The translations under genes were made by a program, and so were the position numbers. 64,000 bases of DNA, from positions 11,470,001-11,534,000 of the forward strand of contig OZ024741.1 of assembly GCA_964016885.1 (NCBI GenBank). Reading direction: 5' to 3'. The notes under the pieces are model-generated. The model worked only from the letters and a program-made list of their open reading frames with translations. It had not been told where the DNA came from and ran no database searches. This document shows positions 1-13,900 of this stretch, piece after piece (position 1 is the first letter of the stretch; every line of letters begins with the position of its first letter). This DNA is from Eledone cirrhosa (lineage: Eukaryota).

Positions 1-92
1 TTCTTTTCGGGTTATAGCTACTGTCTCTCAGAGAGTGGGATTGGCTCAGTGCACAGTCTTTCCTCACTTTAAAAGATATCTTCACACACAGG

Positions 93-145
93 CATTGCAC
101 GATAGAATTAATTAATAATTATTAATAATGATATATCGTGCAATG
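93..145. repeat. Inverted repeat / hairpin with 12-bp perfect arms around a 16-bp AT palindrome
   Basis: CATTGCACGATA (93-104) is the exact reverse complement of TATCGTGCAATG (134-145). The spacer contains the perfect palindrome ATTAATAATTATTAAT (111-126), centred almost on the same axis. Confidence 0.85.
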
Positions 146-389
146 GCTATACTCGATAACGAGGGGGCAGGCATCATATATATGTATATAGTTCCCAAAA
201 CTAATCAGATCAGAGCAAACATCACGGACGCTCTATCTCAACATTATTCTTGAAAACATTAGAAATGCGCAACCGGTAAAACTTAAAACCAAATCTGAAT
301 ACTAACCAATACTATTACTAATTCTCACTTATTCCTAATTAAACTATTTTTCACTGTGAACAATTTGTCAGCATTTTCTATTCCGTTTA

Positions 390-392
<3 letters not shown>

Positions 393-426
<34 letters not shown>
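393..426. repeat. (AT)17 microsatellite
   Basis: Perfect AT dinucleotide run read directly from the sequence. Confidence 0.97.
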
Positions 427-432
<6 letters not shown>

Positions 433-444
433 AATAAAAATAAT

Positions 445-630
445 TGTTTCTACTTTTGGCACAAGACCAGCAATTACTCAGGGCATTACTGGTACTTGAT
501 TTTATCGACCCCGTAAGGATGAAAGGCAAAGTCAACCTCGGCGGGATTTGAACTCAGATCGTAAAGGGACGTAACTATGCTGGAAAGCATGGCGTCTGAC
601 CCTCTACCGATACTGCCAATCCACCACCTT
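445..630 (-). mobile_element. tRNA-derived SINE, octopus-type, diverged and probably internally deleted, with a Meta-domain-like central region
   Basis: The minus strand reads AAGGTGGTGGAT-TGGCAGTATCGG (A-box-like, 618-607), then GAGTTCAAATCCC (B box, 555-543), then GAGGTTGACTTTGCCTTTCATCCTTACGGGGTCGATAAAATCAAGTACCAG, then CTTGTGCCAAAAGTAGAAACA followed by an ATT-rich tail. The GCCTTTCATCCTT..GGTCGATAAAAT..GTACC block resembles the conserved MetaSINE-type domain and the very abundant Octopus SINE as I recall them. No database search was done. Confidence 0.85.
543..618 (-). promoter_or_regulatory. Internal RNA polymerase III type-2 promoter of the SINE (A box and B box)
   Basis: A-box-like TGGCAGTATCGG at 618-607 and B box GAGTTCAAATCC at 555-544 (matches GTTCRANNC), about 50 bp apart. 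Activity is unknown. Confidence 0.6.
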
Positions 631-648
631 AATAATAATAATAATAAT
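631..648. repeat. (AAT)6 microsatellite abutting the SINE 5' end
   Basis: AATAATAATAATAATAAT immediately follows the SINE terminus ...CCACCACCTT. Confidence 0.93.
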
Positions 649-780
649 ATATTAATGATAGTAAATATACTCATTTACTGTGTTTATAGCTCAATGCAAT
701 GAAGATCCTGCAGAGCTTTTATATATTTATAGTTTATAGTTGTTAATAAATGCCTTAAATATTTTGGTTTGTAAATAAAC

Positions 781-1036
781 TATATATATATAAATATATA
801 AGTATTTGTATGTGTATGTATATATATATATAAATATATAAGTGTTTGTATGTATATATATATACAAATATATAAGTGTTTGTATGTATATATATATATA
901 TATACACACACACATATGTGTTTGTATGTATGTATATATATATATACAAATATATAAGTGTTTGTATGTGTATGTATATAAATATATAAGTGTTTGTATG
1001 TGTATGTATACATATAAATATATAAGTGTTTGTATG

Positions 1037-1086
<50 letters not shown>

Positions 1087-1205
1087 TATGTTTGTATGTT
1101 TAAGTACATATATATATAAATATATAAGTGTTTGTATGTGTATGTATATATCTATCTATATCTACACATACATAACACACATATCATATACATGTGTGTG
1201 TGTAT
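781..1205. repeat. Compound mini/microsatellite: core AAATATATAAGTGTTTGTATG separated by variable (TA)/(TG) tracts
   Basis: About 7 copies of the ~21-bp core lie between ~790 and ~1140 with a period of roughly 30-40 bp where copies are adjacent. A (TA)20 run occupies 1043-1082, and the region decays into TA/CA/TG low complexity to ~1205. Confidence 0.88.
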
Positions 1206-1249
1206 GTTTTAATGTACTGTTGAAGCAAGTAAAAGTGAAACGAAACAAA

Positions 1250-1430
1250 ACCACCACCTCGACCCCCCATTATTACCCTTGCCACCACCCATTCTACCCA
1301 GATACATTTAGTCAATCATCATTGTACTATTCAAACCACCCCTACCCTCGCTCCCTTCATATCACTAACACCATGACCACTTTCAATATTATAAACCATC
1401 ACTCCACCCACCTACAACACCATCATTAAT
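1250..1430. repeat. Degenerate CCA/CAT-rich low-complexity tract
   Basis: G-poor stretch with repeated CCACCACC, ACCATC and CACCAT words, consistent with a decayed (CAY)n-type microsatellite. Confidence 0.55.
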
Positions 1431-1464
1431 TCTTACCCTAACTTAATTAGGTACAAACACACAT

Positions 1465-1580
1465 AGATTTGGGGAACTAGCTGTACAGTAATCCAGATTT
1501 GGGAAACTAGTATAGTAATCCAGGTTTGGGGACTAGCTGTACAGTAATCCATGTTTGGGGAGTTAGATGTACAGTAATCC
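1465..1580. repeat. 4-copy ~30-bp minisatellite, consensus AGATTTGGGGAACTAGCTGTACAGTAATCC
   Basis: Four head-to-tail units of 30, 27, 29 and 30 bp. Each contains TTTGGG(G) and ends in AGTAATCC. Confidence 0.92.
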
Positions 1581-1941
1581 AGTTTTTATATTCAACGGTC
1601 ACAATGATTTCCATGAAGAATGACTTAAATGACCTTTTAACGTCCTTATTTTCTTGTAATTAACCCCAAATATGCACATTCATACCCAAGGAGACAGTAA
1701 TATACATGTTCAAACCCAAGACCTCAAAATATTGGAAGAGGTATGTTGCCGGTCTCGGTAAAATAGACTCCCATGCTATATAGCCGTTAAGCGTGTTAGA
1801 CACCATGAGTTGCGGCCCAAGTTAAGACAGTTTGAAATCTTTTCTACCATCAATTGTTAAAAAATATGTTAAAATCATTTAGTAATCATTTCATTATAAT
1901 TCTGCTTGTGTTTCGACCATTCGTAACTTATGTTAGGCTTT

Positions 1942-4900
1942 AGTTACATACAGACACATCTACTGTGTTACATACATACATATCTACTGTGTTACATGCA
2001 CACAAATATCTACTGAGTTACATAAACACACCTCTACTGAGTTACATACATACATATCTACTGAGTTACATACACACACATATCTACTGATTACATACGC
2101 ACATATCTACTGAGTTACTGACACATATCTACCGAGTTACATACACACACACAACTACTGAGTTACATATACAGACATCTACTTAGTTACATACACACAC
2201 ATCTACTGAGTTACACACACACAACTACTGAGTTACATACACACATCTACTGAGTTACATACACACACATCTACTGAGTTACATACACACATCTACTGAG
2301 TTACATACAGACACATCTACTGAGTTACATACACACACATCTACTGAGTTACATACACACATCTACTGATTTACATACACACACATCTACTGTGTTACAT
2401 ACACACATCTACTGAGTTACATACACACACATCTACTGAGTTACATACACACATCTACTGATTTACATACATACACATCTACTGAGGTAGATACACATAC
2501 ATCTACTGAGTTACATACACACACATCTACTGAGTTACATACACACATCTACTGAGTTACATACAGACACATCTACTGAGTTACATACACACACATCTAC
2601 TGATTTACATACATACACATCTACTGAGTTAGATACACATACATCTACTGAGTTACAAACACATACATCTACTGAGTACCAAACACACACATCTACTGAG
2701 TTACATATACACACATCTACTGAGTTACATACACATATCTACTGAGTTACATACACACACATGAATACTGAGTTACATACACACATCCACTGAGTTACAT
2801 ACACGCACATCTACTGAGTTACATACATACATCTATTGAGTTACATACACACACATCTACTGAGTTACATACACACACATCTACTGAGTTACATACACAC
2901 ACATCTACTGAGTTACATATACACACATCTACTGAGTTACATACACACACATCTACTGAATTACATACACACATATCTACTGTGTTACATACACACACAT
3001 CTACTGAGTCACATACATACATCTACTGAATTACATACACACACATCTACTGAGTTACATACACACGCATCTACTGAGTTACATACACACATCTACTAAA
3101 TTACATACACGCACATCTACTGAGTTACATACACACACATCTACTGAGTTACATACACACACATCTCCTAAGTTATATACACACATCTACTGAGTTACAT
3201 ACACACACATCTACTGAGTTACATACACGCACACAACTACTGAGTTACATATACACACATCTACTGAGTTACATACACATAACTACTGAGTTACATACAC
3301 ACATCTACTGTGTTACATACACACACATCTACTGAGTCACATACATACATCTACTGAATTACATACACACACATCTACTGAGTTACATACATACATATCT
3401 ACTGAGTTACATACACACACATCTACTGAGTTACATACACACATCTACTGAGTCACATACATACATCTACTGAATTACATACACACACATCTACTGAGTT
3501 ACATACACACACATCTACTGAGTTACATATACACATCTACTGAGTTACATACAGACACATCTACTGTGTTACATACACACACATCTACTGAGTTACATAC
3601 ACACACATCTCCTAAGTTATATACACACATCTACTGAGTTACATACACACACATCTACTGAATTACATACACACATATCTACTGTGTTACATACACACAC
3701 ATCTACTGAGTCACATACATACATCTACTGAATTACATACACACACATCTACTGAGTTACATACACACGCATCTACTGAGTTACATACACACATCTACTA
3801 AATTACATACACGCACATCTACTGAGTTACATACACACACATCTACTGAGTTACATACACACACATCTACTGAGATACATACGGACATATCTACTGAGTT
3901 ACATACACACACATCTCCTAAGTTATATACACACATCTACTGAGTTACATACACACACATCTACTGAGTTACATACACACATATCTACTGAGTTACATAC
4001 ACACATCTACTGAGTTACATACACACACATCTATTGAGTTACATACACACACATCTACTGAGATAGATACACACACATCTACTGAGTTGCATACACACAT
4101 CTACTGAGTTACATCCACACATCCACTGAGTTACATACACGCACATCTACTGAGTTACATACATACATCTACTGAGTTACATACGCTCACATCTACTTAG
4201 TTACATACACACACATCTACAGAGTTACATATACACACATCTACTGAGTTGCATACACACATCTACTGAGTTACATATACACACATCTGCTGTGTTACAT
4301 ACACACACCTCTACTGAGTCACATACATACACCTACTGAGTTACATACACACATCAACTGAGTTACATACACACACATCTACTGAGTTACATACACACAC
4401 ATCTACTGAGTTACATACATACACATCTACTGAGTTACATACACACACATCTACTGAGTTACATACACACACATCTACTGAGTTACATATACACACATCT
4501 ACTGAGTTACATATACACACATCTACTGAGTTACATACACACAAATCTACTGAGTTACATACACACGCATCAACTGAGATACATACACACATCTACAGAG
4601 TTACATACACACACATCTACTGACTTTCATATACACACATCTACTGAGTTACATACACACACATCTACTGAGTTACATACACAAACACCTACCGAGTTAC
4701 ATACACACATATCTACTGTGTTACATACACACATCTACTGAGTCACATACATACATCTACTGAATTACATACACACATATCTACTGAGTTACATACACAC
4801 GCATCTACTGAGTTACATACACACATCTACTGAATTACATACACGCACATTTACTGAGTTACATACACACACATCTACTGAGTTACATACACACACATCT

Positions 4901-7900
4901 CCTAAGTTACATACACACATCTACTGAGTTACATACACACACATCTACTGAGTTACATACACACATATCTACTGAGTTACATACACACATCTACTGAGTT
5001 ACATACACGCACATCTATTGAGTTACATACACACACATCTACTGAGATAGATACACACACATCTACTGAGTCACATACATACATCTACTGAATAACATAC
5101 ACACACATCTACTGAGTAACATACACACGCATCTACTGAGTTACATATACACACATCCACTGAGCTACATACACACACCTCTACTGAGTTACATACACAC
5201 ATCTACTGAGTTACATACACGCACATCTACTGAGTTACATACATACATCTACAGAGTTACATACACACACATCTACTGACTTACATATACCCACATCTAC
5301 TGAGTTACATACACACACATCTACTGAGTTACATACACACATACAACTACTGAGTTACATATACACATATCTACTGAGTTACATACACACATCTACTGAG
5401 TTACATACACACATACAACTACTGTTGTTACGTATACACATATCTACTGAGTTACATACACATATCTACTCAGTTACATATACACACACAACTACTGAGT
5501 TACATGCAAACATCTACTGAGTTACATACACACATATCTACTGAGTTACATACACACATCTACTTAGTTACATACACACATCTACTGAGTTACATACATA
5601 CACATCTACTGAGTTACATACACTGGCATCTACTGAGTTACATGCACACATATCTACTGAGTTACATACACACACCTCTGCTGAGTTACATACACACACA
5701 ACTACTGAGTTACATACACACATCTACTGAGTTACATACACACATCTACTGAGTTACATACACTCACATCTACCGAGTTACATACACTCACATCTATTCA
5801 GTTACATACACACATATCTACTGAGTTACATACACACACATCTACTGTGTCACATACACACACATCTACTGAGTTACATATATACATCTACTGAATTACA
5901 TACACACACATCTACTGAGTTACATACACACACATCTACTGAGTTACATACATACAGATCTAGTGAGTTACATACATACATCTACTGAGTTACATACACA
6001 CATATCTACTGAGTTACATACACACACATCTACTGAGTTATATACACACATCTCTACCGAGTTACATACACACACATCTACTGAGTTACATACACTCACA
6101 TCTACTGTGTTTCATACACACATATATCCCTAGTTACATACACACATCTACTGAGTTACAAACACACACATCTACTGAGTCACATACATACACATCTACT
6201 GAGTTACATACACTCACATCTACTGAGTTACATACACACAAATCTACTGTGTTACATATACACACATCCACTGAGTTACATACACACACCTCTACTGAGC
6301 TACATACACACATCTACTCAGTTACATACACGCACATCTACTGAGTTACATACACACACATCTACTGAGTTACATGAATGCATCTACTGAGTTACATACA
6401 CACACATCTACTGAGTTACATACACACACATCTACTGAGTTACATACACACACATCTACTCAGTTACATATACACATATCTACTGAGTTACATACACACA
6501 AATCTACTGAGTTACATACACACACATCTACTGAGTTACATACACACACACAACTACTGAGTTACATACACACATCTACTGAGTTACATACACACACATC
6601 AACTGAGATACATACACACATCTACAGAGTTACATACACACACATCTACAGAGTTATATACACACACATCTACTGAGTTACCTACACTCACATCTACTGT
6701 GTTAAATAAACATATCTACGGAGTTACATACATACACAGCTATTGAGTTCCATACACACATCTACTGAGTTACATACACACATATCTACTGAGTTACATA
6801 CACACATCTATTTAGTTACATACACACATCTACTGAGTTACATACATACACATATATTGAGTTACATACACACACATCTACTGAGTTACATACACACATA
6901 TCTACTGAGTTACATACACAAACATCTACTGAGTTATATACACACACATCTACTGAATTACATACACACACATCTATTGAGTTACATATACACACATCTA
7001 CTGAGTTACATACACACATCTACTGAGTTACATATACACACATCCACTGAGTTACATACACACACCTCTACTGAGTTACATACATACACATCTACTGAGT
7101 TACATACATACACATCTACTGAGTTATTTACACTCACATCTACTGAGTTACATACACTCACATCTACTGAGTTACATACACACATCTACTGAGTTACCTA
7201 CACACACACATCTACTGAGTTACATACACTCACATCTACTGAGTTACATACACACATCTACTGAGTTACATACACACACATCTACTGAGTTATATACACA
7301 CATATCTACTGAGTTACATACACACACATCTATTGAGTTACATACACACACATCTACTGTGTCAAATACATACACATCTACTGAATTACATACACACATC
7401 TGCTGAGTTACATACACAAACATCTACTGAGTTACATACACACACATCCACTGAGTTACATACATACACATCTACTTAGTTACATACACACACATCTACT
7501 GAGTTAAATACACACACATCTACTGAGTTACATATACACACATCCACTGAGTTACATACACACTCCTCTACTGAGTGACATACACACATCTACTGAGTTA
7601 CATACACGCACATCTACTGAGTTACATACATACACCTACTGAGCTACATACACACACATCTACTGAGTTACATACACCGACATCTACTGTGTTACATATA
7701 CACACATCTACTGAGTTACATACACACAAATCTACTGAGTTACATACACACACATCTAATGAGTTACATACACGCACATCTACTGAGTTACATACATACA
7801 TCTACTGAGTTACATACATACACATCTACTGAGTTATATAAACACACATCTACTGAGTTACATACAGACACATCTACTGAGTTACATACACACCTCTACA

Positions 7901-10900
7901 GAGTTACATACAGACACATCTACTGAGTTACATATACACATCTACTAAGCTACATATACACACATCTACTGAGTTACAGACACACATCTACTGAGTTACA
8001 TACACACATATCTACTGAGTTACATATACACATATCTACCGAGTTACATACACATATCTACTGAGTTACATACACACACACACAACTACTGAGTTCCATG
8101 CACACTACTCCTGAGTTACATACACTCACATCTACTGAGTTACATACACTCACATCTACTGAGTTACATACACACACATCTACTGAGTTACATACACATA
8201 TCTACTGAGTTACATACACACACAACTACTGAGATACATGCACACATCTACTGAGTTACATACACACATATCTACTGAGTTACATACACACCTCTACTTA
8301 GTTACATACACACATCTGCTGAGTTGCATACACACACATCTACTGAGTTACATACACACACATCTACTGTGTTACATACACACACATCTACTGAGTCACA
8401 TACATACATCTACTGAATTACATACACACACATCTACTGAGTTACATACACACACATCTACTGTGTTACATACACACACATCTACTGAGTTACATACACA
8501 CACATCTCCTAAGTTATATACACACATCTACTGAGTTACATACACACACATCTACTGAGTTACATACAGACATATCTACTGAGTTACATACACACATCTA
8601 CTGAGTTACATACACGCACATCTACTGAGTTACATACACACATCTACTGAGTTACATACATACATCTACTGAGTTACATACACACACATCTACTGAGTTA
8701 CATACACAAACATCTACTGAGTTACATATACACACATCTACTGTGTTACATACACACACATCTACTGAGTTTCATACACACATCTACTGAGTTACATAAA
8801 CACATATCTACGGAGTTACATACACACACATCTACTGAGTTACATAGACACACATCTACTGAGTTACATACACAAACATCTACTGAGTTACATACACATC
8901 TACTGTGTTACATACACACACATCTACTGAGTCACATACATACATCTACTGAATAACATACACACACATCTACTGAGTAACATACACACGCATCTACTGA
9001 GTTACATATACACACATCCACTGAGCTACATACACACACCTCTACTGAGTTACATACACACATCTACTGAGTTACATACACGCACATCTACTGAGTTACA
9101 TACATACATCTACAGAGTTACATACACACACATCTACTGACTTACATATACCCACAACTACTGAGTTACATACAAACACATCTACTGAGTTACATACACA
9201 CATACAACTACTGAGTTACATATACACATATCTACTGAGTTACATACACACATCTACTGAGTTACATACACACATACAACTACTGTTGTTACATATACAC
9301 ATATCTACTGAGTTACATACACATATCTACTCAGTTACATATACACACACAACTACTGAGTTACATGCAAACATCTACTGAGTTACATATACACACATCT
9401 ACTGAGTTACATACACACATCTACTGAGTTACATATACACACATCCACTGAGTTACATACACACACCTCTACTGAGTTACATACATACATATCTACTGAG
9501 TTACATACATACACATCTACTGAGTTATTTACACTCACATCTACTGAGTTACATACACTCACATCTACTGAGTTACATACACACATCTACTGAGTTACCT
9601 ACACACACACATCTACTGAGTTACATACACTCACATCTACTGAGTTACATACACACATCTACTGAGTTACATACACACACATCTACTGAGTTATATACAC
9701 ACATATCTACTGAGTTACATACACACACATCTACTGAGTTACATACACACACATCTACTGTGTCAAATACATACACATCTACTGAATTACATACACACAT
9801 CTGCTGAGTTACATACACAAACATCTACTGAGTTACATACACACACATCCACTGAGTTACATACATACACATCTACTTAGTTACATACACACACATCTAC
9901 TGAGTTAAATACACACACATCTACTGAGTTACATATACACACATCCACTGAGTTACATACACACACCTCTACTGAGTGACATACACACATCTACTGAGTT
10001 ACATACACGCACATCTACTGAGTTACATACATACACCTACTGAGCTACATACACACACATCTACTGAGTTACATACACCGACATCTACTGTGTTACATAT
10101 ACACACATCTACTGAGTTACATACACACAAATCTACTGAGTTACATACACACACATCTAATGAGTTACATACACGCACATCTACTGAGTTACATACATAC
10201 ATCTACTGAGTTACATACATACACATCTACTGAGTTATATAAACACACATCTACTGAGTTACATACAGACACATCTACTGAGTTACATACACACCTCTAC
10301 AGAGTTACATACAGACACATCTACTGAGTTACATATACACATCTACTAAGCTACATATACACACATCTACTGAGTTACAGACACACATCTACTGAGTTAC
10401 ATGCACACATCTACTGAGTTACATACACACACATCTACTGAGTTACATACACACATCTACTGAGTTACATACACACATATCTACTGAGTTACATATACAC
10501 ATATCTACCGAGTTACATACACATATCTACTGAGTTACATACACACACACAACTACTGAGTTCCATGCACACTACTCCTGAGTTACATACACTCACATCT
10601 ACTGAGTTACATACACTCACATCTACTGAGTTACATACACACACATCTACTGAGTTACATACACATATCTACTGAGTTACATACACACACAACTACTGAG
10701 ATACATGCACACATCTACTGAGTTACATACACACATATCTACTGTGTTACATACACACCTCTACATAGTTACATACACACATCTGCTGAGTTGCATACAC
10801 ACACATCTACTGAGTTACATACACACACATCTACTGTGTTACATACACACACATCTACTGAGTCACATACATACATCTACTGAATTACATACACACACAT

Positions 10901-13900
10901 CTACTGAGTTACATACACACACATCTACTGTGTTACATACACACACATCTACTGAGTTACATACACACACATCTCCTAAGTTATATACACACATCTACTG
11001 AGTTACATACACACACATCTACTGAGTTACATACAGACATATCTACTGAGTTACATACACACATCTACTGAGTTACATACACGCACATCTACTGAGTTAC
11101 ATACACACATCTACTGAGTTACATACATCTACTGAGTTACATACACACACATCTACTGAGTTACATACACAAACATCTACTGAGTTACATATACACACAT
11201 CTACTGTGTTACATACACACACATCTACTGAGTTACATACACACATCTACTGAGTTACATAAACACATATCTACGGAGTTACATACACACACATCTACTG
11301 AGTTACATAGACACACATCTACTGAGTTATATACACAAACATCTACTGAGTTACATACACATCTACTGTGTTACATACACACACATCTACTGAGTCACAT
11401 ACATACATCTACTGAATAACATACACACACATCTACTGAGTAACATACACACGCATCTACTGAGTTACATATACACACATCCACTGAGCTACATACACAC
11501 ACCTCTACTGAGTTACATACACACATCTACTGAGTTACATACACGCACATCTACTGAGTTACATACATACATCTACAGAGTTACATACACACACATCTAC
11601 TGACTTACATATACCCACATCTACTGAGTTACATACACACACATCTACTGAGTTACATACACACATACAACTACTGAGTTACATATCCACATATCTACTG
11701 AGTTACATACACACATCTACTGAGTTACATACACACATACAACTACTGTTGTTACATATACACATATCTACTGAGTTACATACACATATCTACTCAGTTA
11801 CATATACACACACAACTACTGAGTTACATGCAAACATCTACTGAGTTACATACACACATATCTACTGAGTTACATACACACATCTACTTAGTTACATACA
11901 CACATCTACTGAGTTACATACATACACATCTACTGAGATACATACACTGGCATCTACTGAGTTACATACACACATATCTACTGAGTTACATACACGCACA
12001 TCTATTGAGTCACATACACACACATCTACTGAGTTACATACACACACCTCTGCTAAGTTACATACACACACAACTACTGAGTTACATATACACACACATC
12101 TACTGAGTTACATACACACATCTACTGAGTTACATACACTCACATCTACCGAGTTACATACACTCACATCTACTCAGTTACATACACACACATCTACTGT
12201 GTCACATACACACACATCTACTGAGTTACATATATACATCTACTGAATTACATACACACACATCTACTGAGTTACATACACACACATCTACTGAGTTACA
12301 TACATACAGATCTAGTGAGTTACATACATACATCTACTGAGTTACATACACACATATCTACTGAGTTACATACACACACATCTACTGAGTTATATACACA
12401 CATCTCTACTGAGTTACATACACACACATCTACTGAGTTACATACACTCACATCTACTGTGTTTCATACACACATATATCCCTAGTTACATACACACATC
12501 TACTGAGTTACAAACACACACATCTACTGAGTCACATACATACACATCTACTGAGTTACATACACTCACATCTACTGAGTTACATACACACAAATCTACT
12601 GTGTTACATATACACACATCCACTGAGTTACATACACACACCTCTACTGAGTTACATACACACATCTACTCAGTTACATACACGCACATCTACTGAGTTA
12701 CATACACACACATCTACTGAGTTATATGAATGCATCTACTGAGTTACATACACACACATCTACTGAGTTACATACACACACATCTACTGTGTTACATACA
12801 CACACATCTACTCAGTTACATATACGCATATCTACTGAGTTACATACACACAAATCTACTGAGTTACATACACACACATCTACTGAGTTACATACACACA
12901 CACAACTACTGAGTTACATACACACATCTACTGAGTTACATACACACACATCTACTGTGTTAAATAAACATATCTACTGAGTTACATACATACACAGCTA
13001 TTGAGTTCCATACACACATCTACTGAGTTACATACACACATATCTACTGAGTTACATACACACATCTACTTAGTTACATACACACATCTACTGAGTTACA
13101 TACATACACATATATTGAGTTACATACACACACATCTACTGAGTTACATACACACATATCTACTGAGTTACATACACAAACATCTACTGAGTTATATACA
13201 CACACATCTACTGAATTACATACACACACATCTACTGAGTTACATATACACACATCTACTGAGTTACATACACACATCTACTGAGTTACATATACACACA
13301 TCCACTGAGTTACATACACACACCTCTACTGAGTTACATACATACACATCTACTGAGTTACAGACATACACATCTACTGAGTTATTTACACTCACATCTA
13401 CTGAGTTACATACACTCACATCTACTGAGTTACATACACACATCTACTGAGTTACCTACACACACACATCTACTGAGTTACATACACTCACATCTACTGA
13501 GTTACATACACACATCTACTGAGTTACATACACACACATCTACTGAGTTATATACACACATATCTACTGAGTTACATACACACACATCTATTGAGTTACA
13601 TACACACACATCTACTGTGTCAAATACATACACATCTACTGAGTTACATACACACATCTACTGAATTACGTACACACACATCTACTGAGTTATATACACA
13701 CGCATCTACTGAGTTACATACACACATCTGCTGAGTTACATACACACACATCTACTGAGTTACATACACACACATCCATTGAGTTACATACATACACATC
13801 TACTTAGTTACATACACACACATCTACTAAGTTAAATACACACACATCTACTGAGTTACATATACACACATCCACTGAGTTACATACACACACCTCTACT

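Noticed and set aside
93-145. miR-92/25 family precursor (seed ATTGCAC in the hairpin arm)
   Set aside because: The seed falls on the 5' arm on either strand whereas miR-92 is a 3p product, and the bases after the seed do not match miR-92.
150-300. Possible fragment of another interspersed repeat (CCCAAAACTAATCAGATCAGAGCA...)
   Set aside because: It looks vaguely familiar, but I cannot define boundaries or a family without a repeat-library search.
543-630. tRNA gene
   Set aside because: A and B boxes are present but I could not form a cloverleaf, and the sequence continues into a SINE body.
486-674. 62-aa minus-strand ORF with a hydrophobic N-terminus
   Set aside because: It lies over the SINE, and the Leu run is the (AAT)n microsatellite.
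727-1429. ORFs of 62-195 aa rich in Y/I/C/V/H
   Set aside because: They are translations of TA/TG/CA microsatellites and a CCA-rich tract, which lack stops by composition.
1433-1452. Telomeric repeat remnant (CCCTAA, TTAGG)
   Set aside because: These are isolated single words with no tandem copies. The main satellite is also not TTAGGG-like.
1465-1565. G-quadruplex from four G-tracts
   Set aside because: Loops of ~24-26 nt are far longer than those of typical stable G4 motifs.
1923-1947. Inverted repeat GTAACT...AGTTAC at the array boundary as a transposon or Helitron terminus
   Set aside because: It is only 6 bp and expected by chance, with no other terminal hallmarks.
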